Origin: Histomonas meleagridis 2922-C6/04-290x
Lineage: Eukaryota; Protista; Parabasalia
DNA length: 64,000 nucleotides
Direction: 5' to 3'
Assembly: GCA_020184695.1 (NCBI GenBank)
Contig: JAANOX010000082.1
Span: 62,001 to 126,000, forward strand
Shown here: positions 35,143-44,930 of the stretch, in pieces
Numbering within the stretch: position 1 is the stretch's first letter
Layout: each line of letters opens with the position of its first letter
Made by a program: the position numbers and the translations under genes
The notes under the pieces: model-generated
Told to the model about the DNA's origin: nothing
What the model saw: only the letters and a program-made list of their open reading frames with translations
Database searches by the model: none

Positions 35143-35604
35143 ATAAAATAACATATTTTGCTCTTCATTGAAAAATGAAGATTTTTAATCTATTCCAAAA
35201 AGAAAAATACTTGAAATAACTTATATTAATTCAATGAAAAAATACAAATAAATTGATTAAATGGAAAAAATATAAATAAAATACCATGTGTTTGATATCT
35301 ATTATTTATTTTTTCCATAAAATAAAGCATGTATAATGCAATAATATTAAAAATGAGAAAAAGGTATGAGGAGTAATAAACTATTGAGTTATTTTAAGTA
35401 TTTTAATTTTATTTCAAATCTTGAATCTTGATTCGAAAATTAATTTTTATGACTATAAATTTATACCAACCATTAATAGCTGATTTTAAGCTTATAATCA
35501 AAAGTATTGTAAATTACGAGCTCATGATTCCTGACAAAAAGCCGACATTTTCTATGATTTACAAAAAATAAGTGATATGAAATAAAGTTTCAAAAAATTT
35601 TCGG

Positions 35605-38600
35605 ATGTGGGGAAAATGGCGTAAACTTAATGGTATTTTATGCTTTACTATCAGTAGCATTGAAGCTAGGCAGCCATATGAAGGTCATTTTTATGTTGAA
35701 TGGACTCGTGGATCATCTTCAGGAAAAACAGATTCTTTTTCTCTTGATGAACACAATCAAATTCAGTTTAATTCGAATTTTGAAACCAGGTGCACAATAT
35801 ATCAAAGCAAATCAGATGGATCGTATCGCCCTAAGAAAGTAAAATTAGTTTGTTATCGTAAGTTCAAAAGATCCAACAAAATATTTGGCAGCTTATTTAT
35901 TGATGTATCCAAAGCGTTTAGTTCTTCTCATACCATATCTGAAAAATCCGAAATGGAAACAGCTCATTCACATTCTGTTATTATGAGCGTTTCTTATAGA
36001 GTTATAACCAGTAGCTCCGAGGATTTATCATCAGTTGATTCTAATGATATGTCATTTATAGGCGACGTTGAAAACAAAAGAGTCGGACTTGATCAATGGG
36101 ATTTCACCGAAGCCACATCTGAAAACTCTTTAACTAATGACGAATCGCAAAAGTCGCATGGAAAGCGAAAGAAGCACCACAGCAAACAAAGCAATGCAGA
36201 AGCGAATGCAGAAGCCAATTCACAAGACAAAAAGAAGAAACACAAAAAGAAACAAATCGAAGAAGAAACAAATAATGTACAAATCGAAGAAGAAAAAGAG
36301 AAGAAAGAAGAAAATGAAGAAAATTCGCAAGGAAAGAAACATCATCGTAAAAGTAAAGATGAAAATACATCGAAAAAGGGAAAGAAAAGAGTAAAAAGAA
36401 AATCGGGAAGAATCGATGATGAAATTGATATATTGGCGAATGAAGGAAACGAAGAAAAGAAAAAGAAGAAAGAAAAAGTTGTTGAAACTAAAGAAGAAGA
36501 AATAAAAGAAAAGGAAGAAGAGAAACATAACGAAGAAGAAGAAAACGAAAGAATTAAAATGGAAGAAGAAGAGAAAAGAAGAAAAGAAGAAGAAGATGAA
36601 AGAATTCTTAAAGAAGAAGAGGAAGAGGAAAGACAAAGGAAAGAGCAAGAAGAAAGAATTCATAAAGAGGAAGAAGAAAAACTTGAAAGAGAAAGGAAAG
36701 AAGAGGAAGAAAGAATAAATAAAGAAGAAGAAGAAAAAGAGAGAATAAGAAAAGAGGAAGAAGAGAAACAAAGAAAGGAAGAAGAGGAAAGAATACGTAA
36801 AGAGGAAGAGGAAAAAGAAAGATTACGTAAAGAAGAGGAAGAAAGAATAAATAAAGAAGAAGAAAAAGAGAGAATAAGAAAAGAGGAAGAAGAGGAAAGA
36901 ATACGTAAAGAGGAAGAAAAGAGAATAAGAAAAGAAGAAGAGGAAAGAATAAGGAAAGAAGAGGAGGAAGAAAAAGAAAGAAGAAGAAAAGAAGAAGAGG
37001 AAAGAATAAGGAAAGAAGAGGAGGAGAGAATACGTAAGGAAAAAGAGGAAGAAGAACAAATAAAGGAAGAAAAGAGAAAAAAGAAAGAGCGAAAGCACAA
37101 AGAAGAAGAGGAGGAAAACGAAAGATTTAGAAAGGAAGAAGAGGAAAGAATTAGAAAAGAGAAAGAAGAAAGAGAACATAAAGAAGAAGAGGAAGAAAAA
37201 GAAAGACTAAGAAAGGAGGAAGAAAGAAGAAATAAAGAAGAAGAAAAGGAAAGAATAAGAAAGGAAGAAGAGGAAAGAATTAGAAAAGAGGAAGAAGAGA
37301 AACTACAGAAAGAAGAAGAAAGAAGAAGAAAGGAAGAAGAAGAAAAGGAAAGACTAAGAAAGGAAGAAGAGGAGCGAATCAGAAACGAAGAAGAAAGAAG
37401 AAGAAAAGAAGAGGAAGAAAGGATTCGAAAAGAAAAAGAAATGTTACAAAAGGAAGAAGAGGAGAGAATAAGAAAAGAAGAAGAAAGATTAAGAAAAGAA
37501 AATGAAGAAAAAGAAAGGATACAAAAGGAAAAAGAAGAAAAATTGAGAAAAGAGGAAGAAGAAAGATTAAGGAAAGAAGAGGAAGAAAGAATTCGAAAAG
37601 AGGAAGAACAAAAACTGCGTGAAGAAGAAGAAAGACTAAGAAAGGAAGAAGAACAAAAGCAGCGAGTAGAGGAAGAAAGAATCAGACAGGAGGAAGAGAA
37701 CAGAAGAAGAAAAGAGGAGGAAGAGAGAGAAAGATTAAGGAAAGAAGAGCAGCAAGCTGAAGCCAATGATGACGAAGATTCCTCTGAAGAAGATTACTCA
37801 TCAAGCGATGAGACACTTTCCTTCAACACGCCAATAGATTACATAGACTCATCGCTCACCTTTGTATATCCACAGAGCACCACTATATCAAATCTCAACA
37901 CCAAATGCAAGCGCGCATTCCCCACACCAATATTCCCCATATATTCATCGCTTCTCGAGTCGCAAATCTTTTCTCCGCTTAAAGTAACAGATGAAAACTA
38001 TCATTCATTAATCGAACATTTTAATGAACTATTTTCCACATTTCAGTTTTGTTCTGATAACAAATCGGACACACGTTTTCTTACAACATTAATTCTAATT
38101 CTTTTGATACAAAGCAATTCCGATATTTCCAATGAACGCAAAACAATTTTTGTGAATTCATTAATTCCAACATTTAACAATTGTACACGACAAATATATT
38201 CAGCGTTAATTACACGATCTGATATATTAACAAATCGCTTTTCTACTGCTAAATTTGATTTCGATATATTATATGCAGATTACAAAGACTTTATCAGTAA
38301 TCTGAAGTCAACATTCCATTTTACAAATGATATAAATAACTTTTTGTTCGACCAATTCATTAATGATTTCGATTTACGAATGGCAAATAGAATACTTTCG
38401 AATCAAAATCGATTTTCTTTCTCCAATGCAATGGTATGGAACACATTAATCACAGCTGTTGAATCGGATATTAATGTTTCATTTCCGATTTCGCGACAAA
38501 TCGTTTCGATATTTTTGTTAGCGCCAAATGTTTGTAAGGATCCAAATATGGTCGATGACATTGCGAAGGATATACCGTTGGATGTAGTAGCGTTAATGTT

Positions 38601-38832
38601 ATTAGCATACGATGTTAAAGATGTTGTACTTGGAGTGGAAATAAATCCAATGGAGTTCTTGAATAAGAAGAAAATAGAAAAAATTTTGGACGAAGCGAAA
38701 TTGGAAATGAAAGACGTCAAAGGAATTGAAAATATTAGTGATATATTGCTGGAAAATTGGTGCGTGAGAAATAGAAATGAAAAAATATTCGAAAAATTCC
38801 CATACTTGGAAAAATATGTTAAGGAAAAATAA
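35605..38832 (+). CDS. NT-type C2 domain + ER/K single alpha-helix + Dilute-like domain protein
   Basis: N-terminal FYVEWTRGSSSGKT...FGSLFIDVS (NT-C2); about 400 aa of EEERIRKE-type repeats; C-terminal FSFSNAMVWN...FPISRQIVSIF (DIL-like). Confidence 0.75.
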   Translation: MWGKWRKLNGILCFTISSIEARQPYEGHFYVEWTRGSSSGKTDSFSLDEHNQIQFNSNFETRCTIYQSKSDGSYRPKKVKLVCYRKFKRSNKIFGSLFIDVSKAFSSSHTISEKSEMETAHSHSVIMSVSYRVITSSSEDLSSVDSNDMSFIGDVENKRVGLDQWDFTEATSENSLTNDESQKSHGKRKKHHSKQSNAEANAEANSQDKKKKHKKKQIEEETNNVQIEEEKEKKEENEENSQGKKHHRKSKDENTSKKGKKRVKRKSGRIDDEIDILANEGNEEKKKKKEKVVETKEEEIKEKEEEKHNEEEENERIKMEEEEKRRKEEEDERILKEEEEEERQRKEQEERIHKEEEEKLERERKEEEERINKEEEEKERIRKEEEEKQRKEEEERIRKEEEEKERLRKEEEERINKEEEKERIRKEEEEERIRKEEEKRIRKEEEERIRKEEEEEKERRRKEEEERIRKEEEERIRKEKEEEEQIKEEKRKKKERKHKEEEEENERFRKEEEERIRKEKEEREHKEEEEEKERLRKEEERRNKEEEKERIRKEEEERIRKEEEEKLQKEEERRRKEEEEKERLRKEEEERIRNEEERRRKEEEERIRKEKEMLQKEEEERIRKEEERLRKENEEKERIQKEKEEKLRKEEEERLRKEEEERIRKEEEQKLREEEERLRKEEEQKQRVEEERIRQEEENRRRKEEEERERLRKEEQQAEANDDEDSSEEDYSSSDETLSFNTPIDYIDSSLTFVYPQSTTISNLNTKCKRAFPTPIFPIYSSLLESQIFSPLKVTDENYHSLIEHFNELFSTFQFCSDNKSDTRFLTTLILILLIQSNSDISNERKTIFVNSLIPTFNNCTRQIYSALITRSDILTNRFSTAKFDFDILYADYKDFISNLKSTFHFTNDINNFLFDQFINDFDLRMANRILSNQNRFSFSNAMVWNTLITAVESDINVSFPISRQIVSIFLLAPNVCKDPNMVDDIAKDIPLDVVALMLLAYDVKDVVLGVEINPMEFLNKKKIEKILDEAKLEMKDVKGIENISDILLENWCVRNRNEKIFEKFPYLEKYVKEK

Positions 38833-38948
38833 AAATTAATTACTGTTTACTGGTTAGTAAATCTTGAAATAACTGTAATTTTGGTTCAATATTCAAAATT
38901 TGATTCGTTTCAAGTATATATAGTTTAGAAAATCATCATATAAATTAA

Positions 38949-39312
38949 GACATTTTACTAAAGACGCCGCGAAAAACTATATACTTTCATACAACTACGA
39001 AGAACTGCATGGAAAAAAATAAATAATGATCCTTGTACATGAAGATATTTATTGCCAAAAATACAGAAGATTTTAATTTTTACAATTGCACCAAATTGAA
39101 TATGTTAAAAATGAAAATCCCTTAAACAATAGATTCTTCAAAAAAGAATTGTGAGTGAAATACAATGATATTATTTAACATTTATTCATTAAACTTGGTA
39201 TGCATATATACTTTTTATATAGGTTGTAAAAAAGCTTCTATGAATGACATTCTTATCAAGGTAGACAGTTTTTAGTGAGGACAGTTTTTCATGGCGTCTT
39301 TAGTAAAATGTC
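38949..39312. mobile_element. 364-bp non-autonomous DNA transposon (MITE), TTAA target duplication, Kolobok-like
   Basis: Left end GACATTTTACTAAAGACGCCgcGAAAAACT; the right end is its reverse complement (28/30 identical). TTAA at 38945-38948 and 39313-39316. No coding ORF inside. Confidence 0.85.
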
Positions 39313-39416
39313 TTAATGCTTTAACTTTATACAGAGAATAAAATTTCACTTTTCAGATGAAAACGATATTTTTACATCGAATTTCTCTATCGTTCAACAT
39401 AAATCAGATTTGATGT

Positions 39417-40634
39417 TTAGTGACTACGAGCAGCTTCAACAGCCTTTTCACCAGCTTCTGTAAGGTTGCTAGCGGGGATGATTGGGAGACCTGATTCTCT
39501 GAGTATCTTCTTACCAAGGTCAACGTTTGTACCTTCGAGTCTAACGACGAGTGGGATCTTAAGTCCGACCTTCTTTACTGCTGCAATGACACCCTTAGCA
39601 ATCATATCGCATTTAACAATACCACCGAAGATGTTAACAAGAATTGCCTTAACCTTTGGATTTGAACTGATGATAAGGAATCCTTCAGTAACTGCCTTCT
39701 CAGAAGCAGCACCACCAAGATCAAGGAAGTTAGCTGGATCACCACCGGATAATTTGATGACATCCATTGTAGCCATAGCGAGACCAGCGCCATTAACAAG
39801 GCATGCGATATCTCCATCAAGTTGGACATAGTTAAGGCCATATTTCTCGGCACGAAGTTCCATTGGGTTAACTTGTTTAAGGTCGCGATAGCTGAAGATT
39901 TCCTTTTGACGATAATGTGCAGCATCATCGAAGTTGAATTTGGAATCGACTGTGATGATACGGCCGTCTACTGTTTCGGCAAGTGGGTTAACTTCGACTT
40001 GTGTAGCATCAGATCCGACAAATAATTTCCAAAGCTTTTGCATTTCTTGAACGCCACTCTCGAAAGCAGCACCTTGGAGGCCGAGTTTCTTAGCAAGACG
40101 CTTAGCGACGTCTTCTGTGATTCCATCAACACCATCAAGAACTTCCTTGAAGATTGCATCTGGTTGGTTCTTAGCAACTTCTTCGATTTCGACACCACCT
40201 TGTGTTGAAGCGATGACGACTGGTGCTTGTGAAGCACGGTCGAGGAGAATTGCGAAATATAATTCACGTTTGATCTCAACTGGGTCTGAAAGCATAACGC
40301 ACTTGCAGAGGGCGCCTCCTTTTGTTGTTTGCTTTGTGCGGAGATGTCTGCCGATCATTTTAGCGGCAACTTGTTTAGCCTCTTCGGCTGATTTGACGAA
40401 ATGAACACCTGACTTGAAGCCATCTTCAACCCATGTGCCTTTTCCACGGCCACCAGCGTATACTTGAGCCTTGACGACGACTGCTGGAAGACCGATCTTC
40501 TTGAATGCCTCAGCTGCTTCATCTGGTGTGAAAGCAACTTGGTTGATACCGGCGGAAACATTGAACTTGGCGCAGATTTCCTTGGATTGATATTCGAGGA
40601 TGTTGAACTTGCGAGAGAAGCTTGTGGAAAGCAT
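39417..40634 (-). CDS. SCSb: Hydrogenosomal succinyl-CoA synthetase beta subunit
   Basis: MLSTSFSRKFN presequence, KAQVYAGGRGKG, NGAGLAMATMD, PANFLDLGG, NIFGGIVKC, VRLEGTN. Biased, high-expression-like codon usage. Confidence 0.97.
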   Translation of the reverse strand: MLSTSFSRKFNILEYQSKEICAKFNVSAGINQVAFTPDEAAEAFKKIGLPAVVVKAQVYAGGRGKGTWVEDGFKSGVHFVKSAEEAKQVAAKMIGRHLRTKQTTKGGALCKCVMLSDPVEIKRELYFAILLDRASQAPVVIASTQGGVEIEEVAKNQPDAIFKEVLDGVDGITEDVAKRLAKKLGLQGAAFESGVQEMQKLWKLFVGSDATQVEVNPLAETVDGRIITVDSKFNFDDAAHYRQKEIFSYRDLKQVNPMELRAEKYGLNYVQLDGDIACLVNGAGLAMATMDVIKLSGGDPANFLDLGGAASEKAVTEGFLIISSNPKVKAILVNIFGGIVKCDMIAKGVIAAVKKVGLKIPLVVRLEGTNVDLGKKILRESGLPIIPASNLTEAGEKAVEAARSH

Positions 40635-40638
40635 CTAA

Positions 40639-40644
40639 AAGTGA
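40639..40644 (-). promoter_or_regulatory. Trichomonad initiator (Inr) element of SCS beta
   Basis: TCACTT a few nt upstream of the ATG matches the Inr consensus TCA(+1)Y(T/A). Confidence 0.6.
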
Positions 40645-41102
40645 AGTGGTCAACACCTCTCAAATTAAGCTCTCAATTTTTGAGTGCTTTCTTCGATTTT
40701 GTGGGAACACGACTAATCATAAAAGTGACAGAAAACGTTTTCATATTTGAGTGAATTCTTCTTTGGTAAAATCAATTCTTATAAAATATAAATAAAAAAT
40801 CAAATTTAATTTTGTTTAATTGATAATTTCATTAATTTTAATTATCTTTCAAAAGATCTCTTGAATCAAAATTAGTTCAAATAAAATAAGATTTATTTGG
40901 AATTAAAATAAGTGTTTCATTTAAGCTGGTTTATTTGAAGATAATATATCTATCTATATATATATATATCTTCAGCAAAATTAATGGTTTTTAATCTCGA
41001 TCATGGGATTTGATCGGTTTGAAATTCTATGAGAAATAATCGTTTTGTACTTTTTTATGTTGTAGAAATAAACAAATAATCATAAGTATGCTGACATTAT
41101 GT

Positions 41103-42086
41103 TTAGGAATAATTATTGTATGGGTTAATTTCGATGATTTCGGGGTGTGCGTTGAAAAAGCTTCCCCAGCAATCATAAAAACGACCATTTTGGTCAACCA
41201 AATAATTACCTTGGCTTGCTTCAACAGTTGGTATGTTATAAACGCAAAATGTTGTGCCATTAGTTTTGTGGAACACCAAACAATTTTGAACATTATTATC
41301 GAATGCTGCGTAAAATCCATCTTGTGTTTCTGGCGCGAACGAAAGCCAATTTCCTGTATTGTTGGAATGCTCAAGTAGGCCTGCTATTTTCACCATTGAG
41401 CTTTTAGCTGGACCAAACATCGCAAGAAATCGGAAAAAGTCGTTTTTGCTAACACTTGGAATTCCAAGTCGACAAGGCGTAATTAATGCTTTAAGAACAC
41501 TTTCGGCATTATCTTGAGGCTGTTCATTATGTTTAAGGTATTGAGCAGCTTTTTCGATAAAAAGATTTGATTGATATGAATTAAAATTGCCTCCAACAAT
41601 ATCTTGCCATGTTTTTTGTGCAAGGTTGTTGAATTCAATGGAAGCTGAAATTTCTTGTATTTCATTGGTCGGAAAACGAATTATGATTTGATTATTTTCT
41701 GAAAAAATATTTGCTTGTTTTGTAGGTGGAATTAGAATCCCAGCATCCTTTTTATTAAAGCCATCACGCTTCCAATGAGTCCACCCGTTCCTGTCACGCT
41801 GTGTTTGTGTAAAATTTAGATCTTTTAGATTTACATTTAGAGTATTAAGTTTTATTCCCATTATAGATCCAAGAGTCTTCTTATTCATTCTAAACTCATT
41901 ATCACTTATCCATCCAACTCCAATTTTATCTTCTAAAGATGGATTTTCAGCAACATAAGATAATAATAAATGCAACTTTGATGGAAACCTAGATGACGGA
42001 TCACGACTACTTTTGCGGCGTAAGGCTGTTTGGATTTCTAAGGGTAACTCATGAAATGCTTTGGAATAATTTTGAGGGTCTTCCAT
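41103..42086 (-). CDS. IBP39: Initiator-binding protein IBP39 orthologue
   Basis: LRRKSSRDPSSRFPSKLHLLL...IGVGWISDNEFRMNKK...MGIKLNTLNVNLKDL...GWTHWKRDGF closely matches the T. vaginalis IBD as recalled; C-domain FLAMFGP; similar length (327 aa). Confidence 0.88.
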   Translation of the reverse strand: MEDPQNYSKAFHELPLEIQTALRRKSSRDPSSRFPSKLHLLLSYVAENPSLEDKIGVGWISDNEFRMNKKTLGSIMGIKLNTLNVNLKDLNFTQTQRDRNGWTHWKRDGFNKKDAGILIPPTKQANIFSENNQIIIRFPTNEIQEISASIEFNNLAQKTWQDIVGGNFNSYQSNLFIEKAAQYLKHNEQPQDNAESVLKALITPCRLGIPSVSKNDFFRFLAMFGPAKSSMVKIAGLLEHSNNTGNWLSFAPETQDGFYAAFDNNVQNCLVFHKTNGTTFCVYNIPTVEASQGNYLVDQNGRFYDCWGSFFNAHPEIIEINPYNNYS

Positions 42087-42111
42087 AAGAAATTAGAGAT
42101 TGGCGGGGTTT

Positions 42112-42135
42112 TAACGGTCTTAAAGCCTAGCGGTT
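42112..42135 (-). promoter_or_regulatory. Two M3-like (Myb-type) core promoter motifs upstream of IBP39
   Basis: Sense-strand AACCGCTA and GACCGTTA fit the trichomonad M3 consensus DRCSGYTD, about 25-50 nt before the ATG. Confidence 0.4.
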
Positions 42136-42979
42136 TTAGTGAATTTTTTGCACTTGAAGTGATTTAAAAGGGAGTTTATTTTGTATGAACGGTTAATGTA
42201 AACTTTTCCTTATTACAATCAAGTCGTTTGAAAACAAGAAGTTTTTAGCTACCTCGTTCAATTTTCTGAATTTTCGATTTAATAACCGCTACCAAATTTT
42301 TGAGATATCTCATAAACAATTCAAAAACCACAACAAAATGATTTAGCCTCGTTAGGGTGACATTTCATTATAAAAACATTCTAGAATGTTGCTAGCAAAA
42401 GCTTATATGTAAAATGCTGGATCAAGAATCAGAAAGGACGTGATCTTAAGATTCCATATATATGGAACAAAAATTTAGCAATAAAAACGATTTTTTCACC
42501 ACAATCAATTATCGTACAATTTAAAATGTAAACATGTTTGGTTTCTAGATATGATTTTCAATAAAAATATAAATTACACCTATTTTAAATGAAAGCTGAA
42601 AATGAAAAACGGTTTGGCAAAATACGGTCCGATTAAAAAATATTAAAAAAGTGGTGCGCTTCACAATAATTTATTGAATACTTTATGAATGTGTAAACTA
42701 TTCTTCGATCTTACACAAATTATTGTGGGTGATCTGGCTTTTTGAATATTTTATATATTATAAAGCAATGCATTGCTCTAAACAAATTTTTAATGCCATT
42801 TTTTATCTTTCAAATCCTCTATCATTCATAAACAGGAAAAATGGAGGGCGTTTTACATCGTAACCCAAAATCCATCTAACAGACTGTAAAAAACACAGCA
42901 AATGTTAATAAAATTAAATAATTTTATGAGATTTTTACTGACAAATTTTAAAATAGAATTTTTTTGTGGTAACTTCACT

Positions 42980-44374
42980 TCATATTTCTTCTTCTTCATC
43001 ATTATTTTCATGAATGAACAATTTCTCATGTAAACACCTTGCTTTTTTCATAATATTTTCTTCTTCACATTCAAACAATTCTTCCAAAGCTTCACGGCCC
43101 TCAAAACCCACAAATTTTTCGAGCATTTCACCCATTTTTTCGTTTGAACTTCCCAAACAGAAATACTTGTCGAAGACATCCAATGTTTTCGATATAACTA
43201 TTGGCTCGTTTGTCAATCCCAAATATCTAATTAATAGATGAAATATATCCTTTTCGAAAAATACCATTAAATCTTCGAATTCTAAAGTCTTTAAAAATGC
43301 TATAACAGCATATGCCACTTCAATAGTGACATTATAAGTACTAAAAGCTAATTGCTCTTTGCACATATCCGATAAATTTTGAACTATTTCATCTTTTTCC
43401 ATCAATGCCTTCGCATTGATTGCACAATAAAAACACCAAAATGATTCACATTGAATAGATGAAATATCTGATAGCATAAAAGGCTTCAGCGAGTTGAAAT
43501 TGAATGAATGAATTAACTTTTTTTCAAGAAATCTGCCAATCAATTTCAAAAGTTGATTTGTATAACTTTTAGGTGGAAATTGTAGTAACGCTAATAGTGA
43601 TTGAGGTATGTTGTTTTGAATAATGTATAGACTTTCAAAGTGATCTGATTGAATATATCTTTCAATTCCAAAGATCGAATACTCAATGATGGTTTCTTCG
43701 TCAGATGAAAGAAGAAGTGAAAAAAAATGAAGAATTGTCCCATGGCGATCACAGCCACTTGAAAATTGGAAAATTTTGATGCATAATTTTACAAATACTT
43801 TGATAAGTCTGGGTGATGTTGAAGCTGCAAGTTGTTGAAATATGTCATTGGAAAGAACTTGAAGACATCGACGAAGATATAATTCAATATTGAATTTGAT
43901 CACATTCGAAAGAATAGATACGCAATTAACAACAACTTCTTCACTTTGCGTTTTTTTAATTATATCGGAAATAACTAAAAAAAGTCCGTTTTCAATGAAA
44001 AGTTGAACTAAGTCAACATTTGAAACAGTAAAATTGATAATTGCTTTAAATGCCAAATTACTAATTTCTTGATTTGGACTAGCAATGAGGTTAATGAGAA
44101 TGGAAAAAATATTGAAATGCAAAAAAACATTAAATAAAATATCATTTTGGTTATTTTTAAAATCTGTGCTTAATGCTTTTAATAAACTTATGATTTGGTT
44201 GTCATCTGCTGGATTGGTTGTCATCTGCTGGCTTAATTTTTGGCATAAATCATCCAGCATTAAAGAGAATTGAGGATTTATTTTTCCTTCAAACTCACCA
44301 TCCACTTCTTCAGTTACATTTTTTCTACTGGATCTTTTTTTGAATTGTAATTTATAACTTGAACTCAGGTTCAT
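42980..44374 (-). CDS. ARM repeat protein (importin-alpha-like fold)
   Basis: LAFKAIINFTVSNVDLVQLFIENGL, VVNCVSILSNVI and C-terminal FEGREALEELFECEEENI ARM-like motifs. Confidence 0.7.
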   Translation of the reverse strand: MNLSSSYKLQFKKRSSRKNVTEEVDGEFEGKINPQFSLMLDDLCQKLSQQMTTNPADDNQIISLLKALSTDFKNNQNDILFNVFLHFNIFSILINLIASPNQEISNLAFKAIINFTVSNVDLVQLFIENGLFLVISDIIKKTQSEEVVVNCVSILSNVIKFNIELYLRRCLQVLSNDIFQQLAASTSPRLIKVFVKLCIKIFQFSSGCDRHGTILHFFSLLLSSDEETIIEYSIFGIERYIQSDHFESLYIIQNNIPQSLLALLQFPPKSYTNQLLKLIGRFLEKKLIHSFNFNSLKPFMLSDISSIQCESFWCFYCAINAKALMEKDEIVQNLSDMCKEQLAFSTYNVTIEVAYAVIAFLKTLEFEDLMVFFEKDIFHLLIRYLGLTNEPIVISKTLDVFDKYFCLGSSNEKMGEMLEKFVGFEGREALEELFECEEENIMKKARCLHEKLFIHENNDEEEEI

Positions 44375-44707
44375 CGTGAACGTGATGAAACAAGAAGGGA
44401 TACATAAGAACGTTTATTTAATGGCGGGTCTTTAACTTCCTATTTTCACAAAAGAAAACCATTTTTAATTCTTGCTGATTCTATGACAATATCGCCACTA
44501 ACAGTCACTTCATTTTCTTTGCTATATGTAATAAATTTTTCAAAAATCATTAATTTGGACAATCTTATTTTAAAATATATCTGTATATCATTTCACCGGT
44601 GAAGCCAAATTGCTGTTTTATGTACACCCCGAATGATGAATGATTATATATATTTGATAAATTTGTCAAAAAAAAACTCGATCAAAAGCTTTACTTCAAG
44701 TTTTCAT

Positions 44708-44853
44708 GCGATAACTGATAATTATAGCACTGTTCCATGGAACAATAAGACACTAAAATCATGTAACTCCACAAGTTCCCACGCGATAACTGATAATTAT
44801 CGCACTGTTCCATGGAACAATAAGACACTAAAATCATGTAACTCCACAAGTTC
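44708..44853. repeat. Two near-identical tandem 75-nt units with internal palindromes
   Basis: Period 75 (44708 vs 44783); each unit has GCGATAA..TTAT(C/A)GC and the palindrome TGTTCCATGGAACA. Confidence 0.85.
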
Positions 44854-44930
44854 GAACATATCAAAATAAATATCGAAGTTATACAGTAAAATACGGAATT
44901 TAAACGAAATTTATTAAATTAATAAATAAT

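Noticed and set aside
36134-37766. Long minus-strand S/F/L-rich ORFs
   Set aside because: Antisense shadows of the GAA/AGA-rich SAH coding region.
39466-40754. Overlapping alternative ORFs in SCS beta (and similar ones inside XDH, Sel1, BspA and AlaRS)
   Set aside because: Expected from codon bias and repeats; no recognisable motifs.
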